A model generated the notes under the pieces. It saw only the letters and a list, made by a program, of their open reading frames with translations. It was not told the origin of the DNA and made no database searches. A stretch of DNA of 64,000 nt, from positions 1 through 64,000 of the forward strand of contig NIVC01001624.1 of the NCBI GenBank assembly GCA_002269645.1, in the 5' to 3' direction. Shown piece after piece: positions 37,531-50,715 of the stretch. The position numbers and the translations under genes were made by a program. Origin of the DNA: Macrostomum lignano (taxonomy: Eukaryota). Each line of letters starts with the position of its first letter. Position 1 is the stretch's first letter.

Positions 37531-40500
37531 GGCATATGCAGTTTCACTTAATTGATTGATTCTAATTGATATATAGCTAGGCATAGATTTAACCAAGACA
37601 ATATTGGCTGACTGACTAAGTTTTACATTTTAAAATGATAATTCTCTATCATAACTAATTGTCTTAGTTGTGCCTTACACTAGTTATTTTTCTTAATAAA
37701 AGATATTAGTAAAATATTAACTTAATAATTTTCGTTTCAGTATATACAGATAATAAAAACATTTTTATATATTTTCTCTATAAGCATAATATAATAAAAA
37801 ACTTCTAACTTATATTTGTTAGTTGAGAGCTATTGTATAATATAATCTAGATCATAGAAAAACTACAATGCACATGATTTTTTATAATCTGGATCTTGAT
37901 TAGAGAATAGACTATACATACAAAACATATTAGACATTTAAATCTTTAATAAACAAACAAAATAAGAATTTTATAGCAATTTTCTAGGTTGCTTTGCATC
38001 ATCATTTGTGTGCATTTTTTATATTTGTTGTTATTTCTAATAATAAACACTATAATATTTTATTTTAGCAACTTCTATATTATGTCTAGTTAGAGTTTTA
38101 TACTTTTATGATACATCTTCTATTAGTTATCTTATATAAGTTATCTTGTTTAAAATATATATGTAAACTTAGAAACTAGACTTTAAAAACTAAAAACCCA
38201 AGACTTAAAGACTTTTTGCATTTTATACAATATATTTACCCATTACCACTTTTGTTAGACTTTCACCATGTCTATTTCATTCACTTATATTTATCTCAGT
38301 TTTCATATTAAAGCTATCAATATTTGATCACTAACAATGCTACTTATATGGCAAAGCATGCTGCTTTGCTAAAATTACCATTAGTATCTTGTATGTAAGA
38401 TATCACCTCAAAGTCAATGACATTGTTGTTCTGGAAAAAAGATTGAAAAGTTCATTTTTAAGTGTAAATTTCAAGCTTTAAAGTTTTTAAGCAAATTATC
38501 AGCCAATAAAGGGTCATTACAGGGCCAATAAGGGTCCTTTATTGGCTGATAAATTGGTTGATTACTCATTTTTCTTGTTTATACTATTTAAAGCAGAAAA
38601 TTGATATGCATAAACACTTGTTAAAATGCCTTATTACAAGCCTAGAAACTGGAAAGCTTGAAATAGTTGCAAAACAAAAAGGTCATTTGTACCTATCTTT
38701 GGAAGATGTAGTGCATGTCAGAATTTTCTAGCATGCATTGAAAATGTCAACATGTATATCATGCATTTTAAAATATCATCAAGCAACTGAAAGAAAGTAT
38801 AGTTATGAGCATACACAATTGGCATGCAATGTGCATTATGGCATATCAGTGTAGGGCATATGATAGATAGATGTTCAAAGTTATTTGCCACAGAAAGTTT
38901 TTTTACAATTCAAGGCTAAATTAGAAGAGTGGTTTTTCTAAAGGTATTAACTAGGATAAATATAAATAATTGAAAAGATATTGACAGTTTGTTAGTAGGA
39001 CCATGTACATGTAGGTTGTATCATTAGTTTAGTTTTAACCAAAACTTAGATTATAAAATGAAAACCAAAAAAGGTCCTTTATTGTTGCCATTGGCGTAGC
39101 CAGAAATTTAATTCAGGGAAGCCCATTCAATACCCAAAAGAGAGAGTATAGGAGGGGGATAAATTTGGAGGGGGCCAAAGGGGCCTATTGTTGCAACTGC
39201 AATTGGCATTGGTGTGCATTTACTTGGGGTTAGCAAGGAAATGAAATAAAATTCAAAGCATTCTGGTATGTATTTAGCATGATCTACACTATGGCATTTA
39301 TAGTTGCAATATAAAAAATGTTATTTATTCTTGCAATACTGGCCTAGATTTGAGAATACTCATTTTTAGCATGTATTTTAACTATTCAATTTTTGTTTGG
39401 GTACCCAGTATAATCTAGGCTCTGGGTTGACAATAAGTTTAGGCCCCTAGCCCAAATTCTAGAACTGACATATTATTAGAAATTCCAGCTTATCCAGACA
39501 TCCAGGTTTAACAATTTTAATAATAAAAGATTATAGAAAAATGTTCAAAAATAGATATGCAAAGAAAACTAGAAAATTCCCAACTTTATAATTGTATCTT
39601 TTAAAATAAAATGCCATCTAGCTCAAATAAGAAAGCAATTTTCAAAAAATATTTGATATACCACATCTTTTGAGGCTAGGCCTACCTATACTCTATAGAA
39701 TTATTCATTATATTATTTTTGCTTTAATTTAATTTCTTTCTATTTTAGAGTCCAAAATATGAAACAAGTGAACAAATTAATAGTTTAATATGTACTGATA
39801 ACAAATTTGTTTGTTATAGTCAATCACCACTCTAAACCTAGCTATACTTCCACAGGTGGCACATTCCAACTCGAGGCTACTAGTTGTCTAGCTATCTAGA
39901 GTAGAAGTCTAAAAATTAGAAAAGTAAGCAATGGCTTGACTTGAATCCCAGTATTGATAGCTTGGCAACTAATTTTTTAAATCTCAAATGCATTGCCCTT
40001 AAAAGGTCCCTTTGTATTGTCTTAGTCTTTTGACCATAGACATATTTTAATACTTTGTGTGTATAAACCAATAATTCAAATATTGTAGAGATTTATCCTA
40101 AAAAATTTACCTAGTTACACTATATTATCCTATGTTAAAGTAGTAGGCTTACCCTTGTATTGTAATATAGCAATTGACTATAACAAACAAATTTGCCACT
40201 AGTACATGTTAAACTATTAATTTGTTTACTTGCTTTATACTTTTAGATTCTAAAAATCAAAAAGAATTGAATTCAAGCAAAAAAAAATTAACAAACAGTT
40301 CTATAAGATAGCTCCATAGCTTGGATTGTGTAGGCCTATTAGTGTATGCTGGGTTTAATATTGGAAAAAATGAGGAGACCTTGTTTGTATGCAAGGTTTG
40401 TGCACCAATACAAAAAAACTTGTCATTTGACACAATCATGCTTGGGTGCAACCAAGGGATTCACCCAGCCATTTCTATTGGCAACATACACATGTAAGTT

Positions 40501-41289
40501 GCTATTGGATGGAAGACTATTAGCCAATAGCAACTTACATATGTGTGTTGCCAATAGAAATGGCCAAGTGATTCCCAAGGTTGCGCATGTATGGACACAA
40601 TGTATCTGCTATGCCATGTACACCGGGATATAACCTGATGTACACTACACTGAAAAATGGTAAGACCTTTGTTGTATACAGGAAATCCTGGCGTAGGCCT
40701 ATATGTCTCCTTTCAAACTATGGGATAGACCCTTTTGATAATTTGTCATTTGGCACAATAATGGGTCCTAGTCATTTCGTCAACTGGCGTTTCATCAACT
40801 GGCCATTTTGTCAACTCAGTTTTATCACTGGTTGTTTCGTCAACTAGCCAATGAAGCGATCTCAAACCTTGGTCACTTCGTCAACTGGCCAACAGGAAGT
40901 GTTCCAACATTGGTCACTTCGTCAACTGCCAATAAACTACCCCCCCAGCCGCAAAAAAAGTAAAACTGAACCCTGAAATGACTAAGTCGACAGGCTAATT
41001 AATGTTCATACCCTCTGCAACATCTGCCGGCTTTTGATCGATGCGTCTCTGTTATACGCTTGTACATGTACTAACAAAATAAAATGTGCTCATGTGTTTG
41101 AAACGTGTGCAGCACGACGGGGTTGACATGCCGCGTGTGCACATTTGTATATTTTTAATTTTGAATGCAGAAGTTAATTAAGAAGTAGTACATGTAGTTG
41201 AGGAGAACCCGGACCAAAGATAATGCTTGAAGTGGCCGGGTCCTCTATTCGCAAAACATACATATAGAAAGCATTCCAAATCAAGCCAT

Positions 41290-41590
41290 TACATACATGA
41301 ATGTGGTCATGTATGACTGCGCAGCCGGTCGCTTGGACGGAACAGGTCGGCGCGGTGATACAAAAGCCGTGTTGGTCACTCGCGTAGGCGATCTTGAAGG
41401 CGGCGCGCAGCAGGCCAGCATGCGCCGCGTCAACTTGTTGCTCGAGCGACTTCATCAGCGTCCAGGTCTTGACAGTATACAGCAGGACGGTCTCGATCAC
41501 CGCCTCGCCTGGAACAACGCTGCCCTCTAGCAGTCAGCTGTACATTAAGCTGGCCTTGGACTGCAGGACTCCCCAGACTACCATGTAAAT
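41290..41590 (-). mobile_element. RTE-type LINE fragment (post-RT region)
   Basis: IETVLLYTVKTWTLMKSLEQQVDAAHAGLLRAAFKI resembles the RTE motif xSVLLYGxETWTL...LD...RxLRxIL. Confidence 0.65.
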
Positions 41591-41900
41591 GTACTGTAGC
41601 TCAAGCCAGTAGTGTCGGAACATTTCAGAGTTGGGGGGGGCTAATGATGGGAGGGCACATTGCACATAATTTCTTCTAATCTAAGGGCACCCAAACTGCA
41701 GCTACATGAGAAGGAATGCACGAATCAAGAGCTAGCACGCCGCTGTGGTACTGCACCTAATATCGCTGATCAGTTTGCGCGTCTGCCTGTGCCTTTGCGT
41801 CTGTCTGCTCTTGTCTGCTTGTGCCTTCTTACAGTGCATTGTACATTTTAGTGTTATACGGCATGATTGATCGATGAGCGCGCGTGAATCATGCGTAATT

Positions 41901-42928
41901 CAAGGACTTCTAGACTAACAGGACGTAAAACTCAAAGATCGTGCAATTTTTTGGAGGCCACGATTTCCTGGAAAAAATACACTGCAAAGATAGGAAAAAA
42001 TCTGTTTTTTGTCACAAAATCTGTGATTGTATTTGATCTGGGGCAGTGAAGACTACCATTCTTTTAATTTACCATGCACAACATGTTACTCTATTATATT
42101 TTCATATAGCTGTGTAGTGAAGTTTTCATTTTCATATTGTTTTCACTTTATTTCATAAGCCCAAAGTTGCAAACTCACAAGTGGCATTAGCCAAATATCA
42201 AATTCAAGAAAAGAAAAGCTATTCAAATTTGTAATATAATAATATTTTTAGCCTTTAAAATAAAAATTATAAAAGGACTAATCAATGTTTTTTCTTATAG
42301 ATACCTAGTAAAAATGGTTAGGGCCTATTTTTGTGATTAAGTCTATTCTTCTTAAATCTTAGTCTTAAATATAGGCTTGGCTTAAAAACTGATAATACAG
42401 CTTTCTCAAGCCTAGGTAACCAACCATATGAAACTATGTATTGATAATCTATATATAATAAAAAAATCATTGTCTAAATTTAATTACTTATTAGGCTAGA
42501 TAGTGTAGTGATAGGTCTAGTTCTAGTAGGCCTAGGAATTAGTATAGTTACTAAACCTACAATAATAGCTTAAGACTAAGAGTACCTACTTGCAATGTTT
42601 TTATACTTTATTTTAAAAAGAACAACACAAAAAGTTTGGCTAATGCCACTTGTGAGTTTGCAACTTTGGGCTTATGAAATAAAGTGAAAACAATATGAAA
42701 ATTAAAACTTCACTACACAGCTATATGAAAATATAATAGAGTAACATGTTGTGCATGTTAAATTAAAAGAATGGTAGTCTTCACTGCCCCAGATCAAATA
42801 CAATCACAGATTTTGTGACGAAAAACAGATTTTTCCTATCTTCGCAGTGTATTTTTTCCAGGAAATCGTGGCCTCCAAAAAATTGCAAGATCTTTGAGTT
42901 TTACATCCTGTTAGTCTAGAAGTCCTTG
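41901..42928. mobile_element. Foldback/MITE with ~295-bp TIRs (CAAGG termini) and 8-bp TSD, P- or hAT-like
   Basis: 41901-42195 is the reverse complement of 42635-42928 with about 6 differences. Flanks are gcgtaatt and gcataatt. Confidence 0.9.
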
Positions 42929-44889
42929 GCATAATTATATACTCCGATCAAGAGCATTACCGGATATCAAGATTCGCTGTGGGGGCTTCGGTTGACTGTG
43001 CACAGCGGGGTGGAGGGGTGGGAATTAGGCGCACGCAGTCCACCAATTTTCACGACTCCATATATAGGGGACTTTATAGCAGTCCTCGACGCGTTTTGAT
43101 AGAAGAACCCATGTTATGTAGTCGCATGTATGGTCGCATAACACACAAATACTCAATTTTCATTAATGCCCGGATGCATATGGGTATGAGTGCGCATGGG
43201 GTGACGCATTTGCATAGAATATTTGCATCGAAACATTTAACCTAATGGACATACAGTCTGGTATTGCAGAATTTGTTCATTTTTAAAAATAAGGCAATTA
43301 ATAAAACAAGTCATCGATATAGCAATAATTGTAAGCTATACAAGATATGCAGCTGTATCAGCTACATACGTATATCATTCATATAATGAAAATTTTAGTC
43401 ACTTTGTCAAAAAGCAAATTGGAAGGACTTAGGCATTGGTCACTTCGTCAACTACAAATAAAGTCGCCCCAACACTTTGGTCACTTTGTCAACCGAGTTG
43501 ACGAAACGCCAGTTGACGAAATGACCATCACCCACAATAATAGCCTAGTCAGTATATAACAATAAATATAATACATATGAATATGATATAATCTCTAGGC
43601 CCTACCTATAAAAATATAAAAACCTATAAAAGATCTCTAAGTAAAAAAAACTATGGTATGGAGTAGGCCTAGGCTATAAAATCATTAAAATCACATTTGC
43701 TAAAAATTAAAACTTGATATAAAGCAAATAGCATAAAGACAAAGTGCATTGATTTTACAGGCTGTAGAGATCTTGGCTGTAGAGGTGTTTTTAATTAATG
43801 AATAAATTAAATGAATAGATGGTCGATTTCCAAATTAAATAAGGACAGGGTTTTAAAAAATGCTACAGTAACATATGCCTGAAACATATGCCTGAAACGC
43901 CTGAAACTCATAGGAGGCCTAAGAAAATAAAGAGGTGTATGTACATCAACTTGCTGCCTACTACTACAACAATTTTTTTCGCCAATTTTAATAAAATTAA
44001 ATTTGTGACATTATACTTCGACAAGTATAACGAGCGCCTCAGACAACCTACGTTTTATGATAGGCCTACACCAAAACTAAGCCAAAAGCAGCAAAATACG
44101 CTTTTAATTTTCGGCAGGTCATAATGTATATATTTTGCAGTTATATTTTGTATAACTTTTTTTGAGTTGGCCTTTGTTTTTGAACATAAAGAAAATAGAC
44201 GTGTTGAGCTCTTGACTGAGAATACTATAAAGTCCAAAAAGAAAATTGTTCTTAAGTTGGATCATGATTCATGAAAAATGAAAGTTAATTAGTCATCTAT
44301 TCACTGCTGCTATATACTGTTAGTCTTTTCAAATCCTGCTGATTCAAAATCGCATTGACTCCTTTGACATTGTCACAATCACAATCAAGAAGACAAGAAT
44401 CAATGTATGAAATGAACAATAAAAGTTAAAAATAAGCAGACTTATTTCATAGACACAGAACTCTGTGGTCATAGATAGGGTTATTATGTGCTTTATATTT
44501 TTTTTGGTTTTTGTTTACTAGGCCTACTTAATGTTAATATTTTCTTATCAATTGACTCCCTCAAAATTTAAAGTAACACTAACACTGAACTTAAATATAT
44601 CATGCACTTACTATAGTAACAGACAATGTTAGGCCTAGGCCTTAGGATTAGGAATGGGAAGTGTGGTTCACATTGCTAGAAATAAAATTTAAAGATAGGC
44701 CTATAAGTATATTATCTGGCTATCTAGGCTATTTTTGCTAAAAAATGTGCATGATAACACATTGAAGTGTGCAATTAAATGATAGGCCCTTACTCACGAC
44801 TCACTTATCCAATGGATTGGTTTAGACTTATCAGTTATTTCTAGATAAGACTAGGTCATAGATAACTTGTAGAAAAAGGAGCATCAAAG

Positions 44890-46155
44890 TATTGGGTTAG
44901 GCCTATCATAAAAGTTTTGAGCATTTTCTTTAAACTTCTAGAACTTTCTCTAAAGAAATTTCTAGAATGTTCTATGGGGGTATATAAGAGTAACCAGTGT
45001 GCACTACCGTATCCATATAGATAACTGATAAGCTCAACCTGTAACTACAATGGCTATATAACAACACAATCAACTACCTTATTTGAGCATCTTTACTTTT
45101 CTGCTTCAAGCTGGGCGACTCAGCAGTTGAGGTGCATTGCAAGTTATGTCAGGCATATGACAAGGACTATCTAAGCAAGCAACGCTGCCATGCCTGGTTT
45201 GTGCATTTCAAAAAGGATGATGAATCCCTCAAAGACAATGAGCACTCTGGTCACCCACCTGAGCTTGATATCTAGCAGCTTGCCTTGCTTGTCGAAGCTT
45301 AGCCACATCTCACAATATGTGAAATGGCAGAGTACTTTAAGGTCTTTGCCATGACCATTGACCGCACCCTTCATCAACTTGGCAAGGTGCATAAGCTTGG
45401 TCAATGGGTTTTGCACAAACTTTCATATAAGAACAAGGATCAATGCATCATCACATGCACCCAACTCCTATCCTATTGTTGCAACCTAGGATGGCTTAAT
45501 ACCCTGGTGACTGGAGATGAGATTTGGGTAGCTTATTTTAACATCACACGCAAGCATCAGTGGCTTGGCATGGGGGATCAGCCACAACCAATGCCCAAAC
45601 CTGATCTATACCAAAAGAAGGTCATACTGTGTGTCTGGTAGAATTCCATTGGAATTGTCCACTGGGAGCTTCTGCCTTGTAACACCAACATCACTGCCAA
45701 TGTCTATTGTGAGCAGCTAGATAAACTGCACTAGGCAATTGTCAAGCAGCAGGGCATTGGCACAAAAATTCAATTTCTTTGCAACAATGCCTGACCTTAC
45801 ATGGCAAAGAAGACACCACAGAAGTTGCTTAAGCTGGGCTGAAAAGTCATGCCCCACCCTCTATACTCGCCTAATCTTGTATTATCAGACTACCACCTGT
45901 TCCGCTCAATACCAAACCACATAAATGGCATGACATTAAGAGATGAAGAGGAGGTGAAAGCCTGGCTTGAGCAATACTTCAAGTCATTGCCACCTAAGTT
46001 CTTTAAGAAGAGCATCCATGATCTTATCGCCAGATGGCAATAGGTCATTGATCAGGATGGTGATTATATCCTAGAATAGAAACTGTTATGAGACTAGAAA
46101 AATAAATTCAAAGTTTGAGTACAAAAACGCTCAGAACTTTTGTTACAACCCAATA
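44890..46155 (+). mobile_element. Full-length decayed mariner (DD34D-type) transposon, ~1.27 kb, TA TSDs
   Basis: TIRs are TATTGGGTT..AAAAGTTTTGAGCATTTT at 44890 and its inverse ending ...ttacaacccaata at 46155. Transposase remnants WVLHKL, LVTGDEIW, KKVILCVW, FLCNNA*P and HPLYSPNLVLSDYHLF correspond to WVPHEL, TGDEKW, HDNARPH and YSPDLAPSDY. Multiple stops. Confidence 0.92.
44936..44988 (+). promoter_or_regulatory. HSE arrays plus TATA box inside the mariner 5' UTR
   Basis: TTCtaGAActTTC at 44936-44948, GAAatTTCtaGAAtgTTC at 44955-44972, TATATAAG at 44981-44988, about 60 bp before the transposase ATG at 45050. Confidence 0.75.
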
Positions 46156-47634
46156 GTTGATCAGCATGCTAGAGCCAAACCACATTGTCTATTCATTGGC
46201 CAATACTGCAATATGAATCTGGATAATAATGACTATATGATTGAACCAGACCTTAGGTTAGAAATTGGGACTACTACTCTAAAGCATTTTGTATAGATTT
46301 TGAGTTTTAGGAATTAGGACATTGAGACAGAAATTTTTTTGGTTTCTAAATATAGTCTAGGCTATACTTTGGAAAATATAGTTAGTGTATATCAAAATTT
46401 TCTAAGTGTATATTCTAAAACCTCAATGCAGTGTGCACAGCATGCAAATGGAGAAAATCTATAGTTGTCAGTGTCTACTATGCATGTCATGGCATGTTTG
46501 TATATGTTAGTACATGTTACGACATGTGCAGGCATACCTATAAAAAATACAAAAATGTCTTATTGTGTTGCAATGGCTTAAACATTAGCATTGGCTAGAT
46601 GAAATTTGGCCTTTTGATCTATTGTTATATGCTAGCATGAACTTAGCATGGTCCCAACTATAGATTCTAGGATTATGCCATGATCCTAACTATGGACTAA
46701 ATCACTTTCTAAATAATAAATTAACATAAAATATCCATTAGACTTTAGATCAAAATCCTTAGCTTAGTCTTAGTCTGCTTATATGCTGTGTTCTAATGTA
46801 TCCCTTTTAATTATCATAAACTTATTATTATTATAACCGTAAAGTAAAAGAAATCTAGGTTTAACCTTGGTATACCTAGCCCTTGTAAGTAGTTTGTAAG
46901 TTCATAGAATTAACATAGGATATGCTTATCTGGCTAGTATTTTAGATGAAGGCAAAAAGATCATAGATGTTTCTAGGATAGTCAGTTTCTCCTTTTGCTA
47001 AGAATGACCAAATTTATACTACATCTTATTGAATTAAAGGCAAAATTTGATTTGATGTTCAATGGTCTTCTTCTCTCCTATGCCATAAAAAGACAGATAA
47101 GAATGCAATTAGTTTGCAATAGGATTTGTCTTAGAAGAACTCATGGCATCTATGATTTTTAGACCTAATAATAGCCTTTTTGATAGTATTTTCTAAAAGA
47201 CCTATAATATTCTGATAGATAATCTAACATATATTCTAATCAACCTAAACTCGATTTTTTTAGTTATCGTAAATAAGAAAAGACCCAATCTATTATGATT
47301 AAAGTATATTAAAGGATATAGTTTTAAAACTAGTAACTTAGCATATAATATAAATATAAGTTCAGTTACTCATAACACTATTTTGCTATAATCTCTATAG
47401 TCCATAGTATATAGATTGATACCAAATGGCAATTGTTTCAATATTCAAATAAAACTTTACTGCCTTGTATCATCTTGCTATATTTGATTGCATTTCATAT
47501 TTATAGACTTATCTATTACCATTTTATAATCTTCATATTCTATTGTGTATTTTCTACTTTTTTATTTGTCTAGTTCTACTGTTTTGCATTGAAAGTTTCA
47601 ATCTGCCATTGCCTTCTTCTCCACTCATGCAGCC

Positions 47635-48231
47635 ATGGCGCACTCCAGCCAGCCCCGGAAGGGCATTCTCAAGCACCGCGCCAGCTTTGACTGCACAGGC
47701 GGCTCCAGCTTCCACCAGCCGCCAGACAGAGAGGCTGCCGCAGCGCAGCCAAGCTGCCCGACAGACGCCGAGGGCCGCAAGCTGTTCCAGTGGGACGAGA
47801 TGAACATCCTGCGCACGTACCATCCGGTCGACAAAGACTATGGCCACATGAAAATCGACGAGGCCCCGACGCCCTACGAAGCGTCCTCGGGGGCGTCGGG
47901 CAGCGATGCGGAGGCCGCGGAGGCGGAGCCGGGGCCCAGCAAGGACCAGCGGCGCCGGGCCAGCTTCAGCGACGCTGTGCAGCCGGACATGCTGGCCCAG
48001 CGGCTGGAGGAGACCGCCGCCGCCGACGAGCTTGAAGCCTGCGGCTCCTCCGACGTCAATCACGACGCCGACGCTGACGACTCGGAGCTGACGGAGGCGG
48101 AGCGGGAGCACCGCAGGCGCTTTGACGAGCTGCGCCGGCAGCACTACAACGAGTTCCAGGCGGTGCTGCTGGCCAGGGCGCGGGCCGCCGCCGAGGATGA
48201 CGACGAGGAGGAGGACGAGGGCGAGAAGTAG
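47635..48231 (+). CDS. PPP1R2: Protein phosphatase 1 inhibitor-2 (IPP-2), intronless
   Basis: KGILK (SILK motif), [31 protein letters not shown] and [12 protein letters not shown]. Confidence 0.93.
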   Translation: MAHSSQPRKGILKHRASFDCTGGSSFHQPPDREAAAAQPSCPTDAEGRKLFQWDEMNILRTYHPVDKDYGHMKIDEAPTPYEASSGASGSDAEAAEAEPGPSKDQRRRASFSDAVQPDMLAQRLEETAAADELEACGSSDVNHDADADDSELTEAEREHRRRFDELRRQHYNEFQAVLLARARAAAEDDDEEEDEGEK

Positions 48232-48258
48232 CGGCGTGGGACCGGGCAGGCAGTGCAC

Positions 48259-48461
48259 GAGATGTTGAACCAGGGCCTGGAGTGTCAACTCCTCTGAGAC
48301 CCTCCTGTTCATACATGATAAGGCCGAGATGTTGAACCAGGGCCTGGAGTGTCAACTCCTCTGAGACCCTCATGTTCATACATGATAAGGCCGAGATGTT
48401 GAACCAGGGCCTGGAGTGTCAACTCCTCTGAGACCCTCATGTTCATACATGATAAGGCCGA
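48259..48461. repeat. 67-bp tandem repeat x3 in the IPP-2 3' UTR
   Basis: Unit starting gagatgttgaaccagggcctgg at 48259, 48326 and 48393. Confidence 0.93.
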
Positions 48462-50715
48462 CCTCTGCATGATAACATTAGGAAAATTCTACTCTGTCTT
48501 GTCGTGTAGCTGTGGCCAGCCTCATCCTGTATGAAAATGAAGCTTAAGGGGGGGGGGGTCGGGCATTGCAATATTCTGGCCTAAGTTCTTCTTGGTGGAG
48601 GCGCGGGGTCCTTATCGGTTCGGGGGATCGGTGATAACGTGATAAGCTTTGGTGATAAGTGATTTGGTGATCGGTGATAAGCTTTGCCCTGCCGCGTTGG
48701 GATGCGAAAGAATTTCCTGGGAAAGAATTTGTTGGAATTACGAGTATGTTGGCAATTTCTCACCGGGGGTCTCTAAATATATGGCTTGGCTGTCCGGTCA
48801 CTTCACTAATTTACTTGTGCACTTTTAGGACCAGTTGTGAGTGGTGCAAAGTACGAGCGTATTTTTGGTTGCTTCATACTAAAGCCACTTAAAAATTTTG
48901 AATTTCCTCGGAGCCATCGACAGGTGTAGGCTTTCTCCAGCCGCAGGACTTGAAGGTAGTCAAATGGGAAGCCAGTTGATGGAAACTCCAAATGAAGCCC
49001 TTGAACTTCATCAACTCTGGCCTGTTGACATGGAAAGAATGGCAAGAGATTTTTTGCATAAGCGTTCTTAAAACTGAATGAGAGAATGGGTGACTTGCAA
49101 ATGGACTAGTCGTGGTACCTGCGATTTAGGCTACTGGTTTCTATTGCTAAGGATTTTACTAGTGGATTTACTTCCTACTGGTTTGAGACTTTTGGTAGTT
49201 CGCTGCCACCAGGTTCCTGCTGTTCCCTAATTCTAGCTTTAGGTTTAAAGAACTGAGTCAGGACACCGATAAATTTAGTTAACACAAGTTTAATAAAGAA
49301 GTAAATTAATTGTTACGGTACAAAGTATCGTTACATTAACTCCCTATTTAAGTTTTCCCGTTATTGTGCGTTGGGCAAGACTCCCAGTTATAGATTTAGA
49401 GGCAAGACTCCTCTGTGCAAGCCTAAATTATATTCTGACATTTTTTCCCCCTTCTTACCACTTCCTTTCGTGAATTTTCTAAGTTAGATCGCAATGGATC
49501 GCAACGAGGATACTTTTCCGAGAGCCAAACTGCTCTGTAGTTCTAGAGAAACCCCAAAACTAGCGATTTACCCCCGCTCTAATTATTTCCCCGGGTTAAA
49601 ACTACTGATAGTAGGCAAAAAGCATATTTGAACCCACAATAATTCCCGTTCCTAAAATAATGCCCTACTACACAAAGTTAAAATGTGACTCGTGTCTCGA
49701 CCCTATTGGCAGATAGATAAATTAATCTTAGCATATTCAAATTATACTGCTGCCCTATGAGTAGTCACATGCCTGTTGAAAACGTTACCTTGACAAGCAT
49801 TGCTAAAGGATCGTCTCAGGGGCGACTCTGACTTTTTTAACGACTCAAACGACTGCAATGCGACGGAGAGGCGGCTGTTGAGTCGCGAGCGCATCGCCCG
49901 AGCTGCAGAATCGTAAAAGAGCCGCGAAAAAAGTTCGTCGTTTCAAAGTCGACCTGTGTTACCTGCCACCACTCTGGGGTGGCGCAAGTGACTAGGTCAT
50001 TAACTAGCTGTTCAATCTAGTTAATGTATTATTCAGCCCACGGGTCCGTGGAAGGAGGGTCTGGCTGCCCTGTGTGCCTGCTGTCTGCAATAATTTTAGC
50101 TTATATTTTAACATGCAGTTCATTTTCGCTCCAGCTGCTCCCCTTCATTATAGGCCAGCGCTTCTGTTAGTTGCTACCTGAAATCGGAGTTGTACTGCAT
50201 TTTGGTTTTATTGCTCCATGTTTTCATTTTATCATTGCGTCATGCTACACTTTTCTGTTACATTTTGCAGCCTTCTTCGGCTATTATTTTACTGCGCTGA
50301 ATATACTACTGTTTGCAAAGTAGACTATTAGTGGTGAGTAGTGTGTGCGTTTGTGCTGCTGGATTTAGTTTGCATGTTGTTTTATACCCGCCTAGTTGTG
50401 TTAGAGAGGCACAATTGCTGTGGTTATTTATACATGTCTCAGTTTGCCGCATAGAGCAAATATTTCACTTTATATTGATTTTGTCTGGCTGCTGTAAATA
50501 CTTTTATAAGTTTATTATAACAATTTGGTATCCGCTTGCATCTCCCAGCGATCGCTTTATCAACTCGCAGCTTACAAATGCACATCTTTATTTTAAAGAT
50601 GCGGATCGTCTATTTATCCGCCGAAAAAATTGTTTTTCGTTGTAGAAATAATTATTGGAAGCTGTTTGAATTCGTGCCATTTTTTCACTTTATATTCTCC
50701 GATGCTATCTTTGAT

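Larger units (their letters stand above)
40763..43533. mobile_element. Non-autonomous TIR DNA element (GGGT...ACCC termini, 8-9-bp TSD; MULE- or hAT-like) carrying nested inserts
   Basis: The left gtcatttcgtcaactggcgtttcatcaac is the inverted match of the right gttgacgaaacgccagttgacgaaatgac. acaataat is duplicated at 40755-40762 and 43534-43541. Subterminal ggtcacttcgtcaact repeats occur at both ends. Confidence 0.75.

Noticed and set aside
49195-49330. PBS-like TGGTGGCAGCG on the minus strand suggesting an LTR element
   Set aside because: It is not directly preceded by an LTR CA end, and no second LTR or gag/pol was found.
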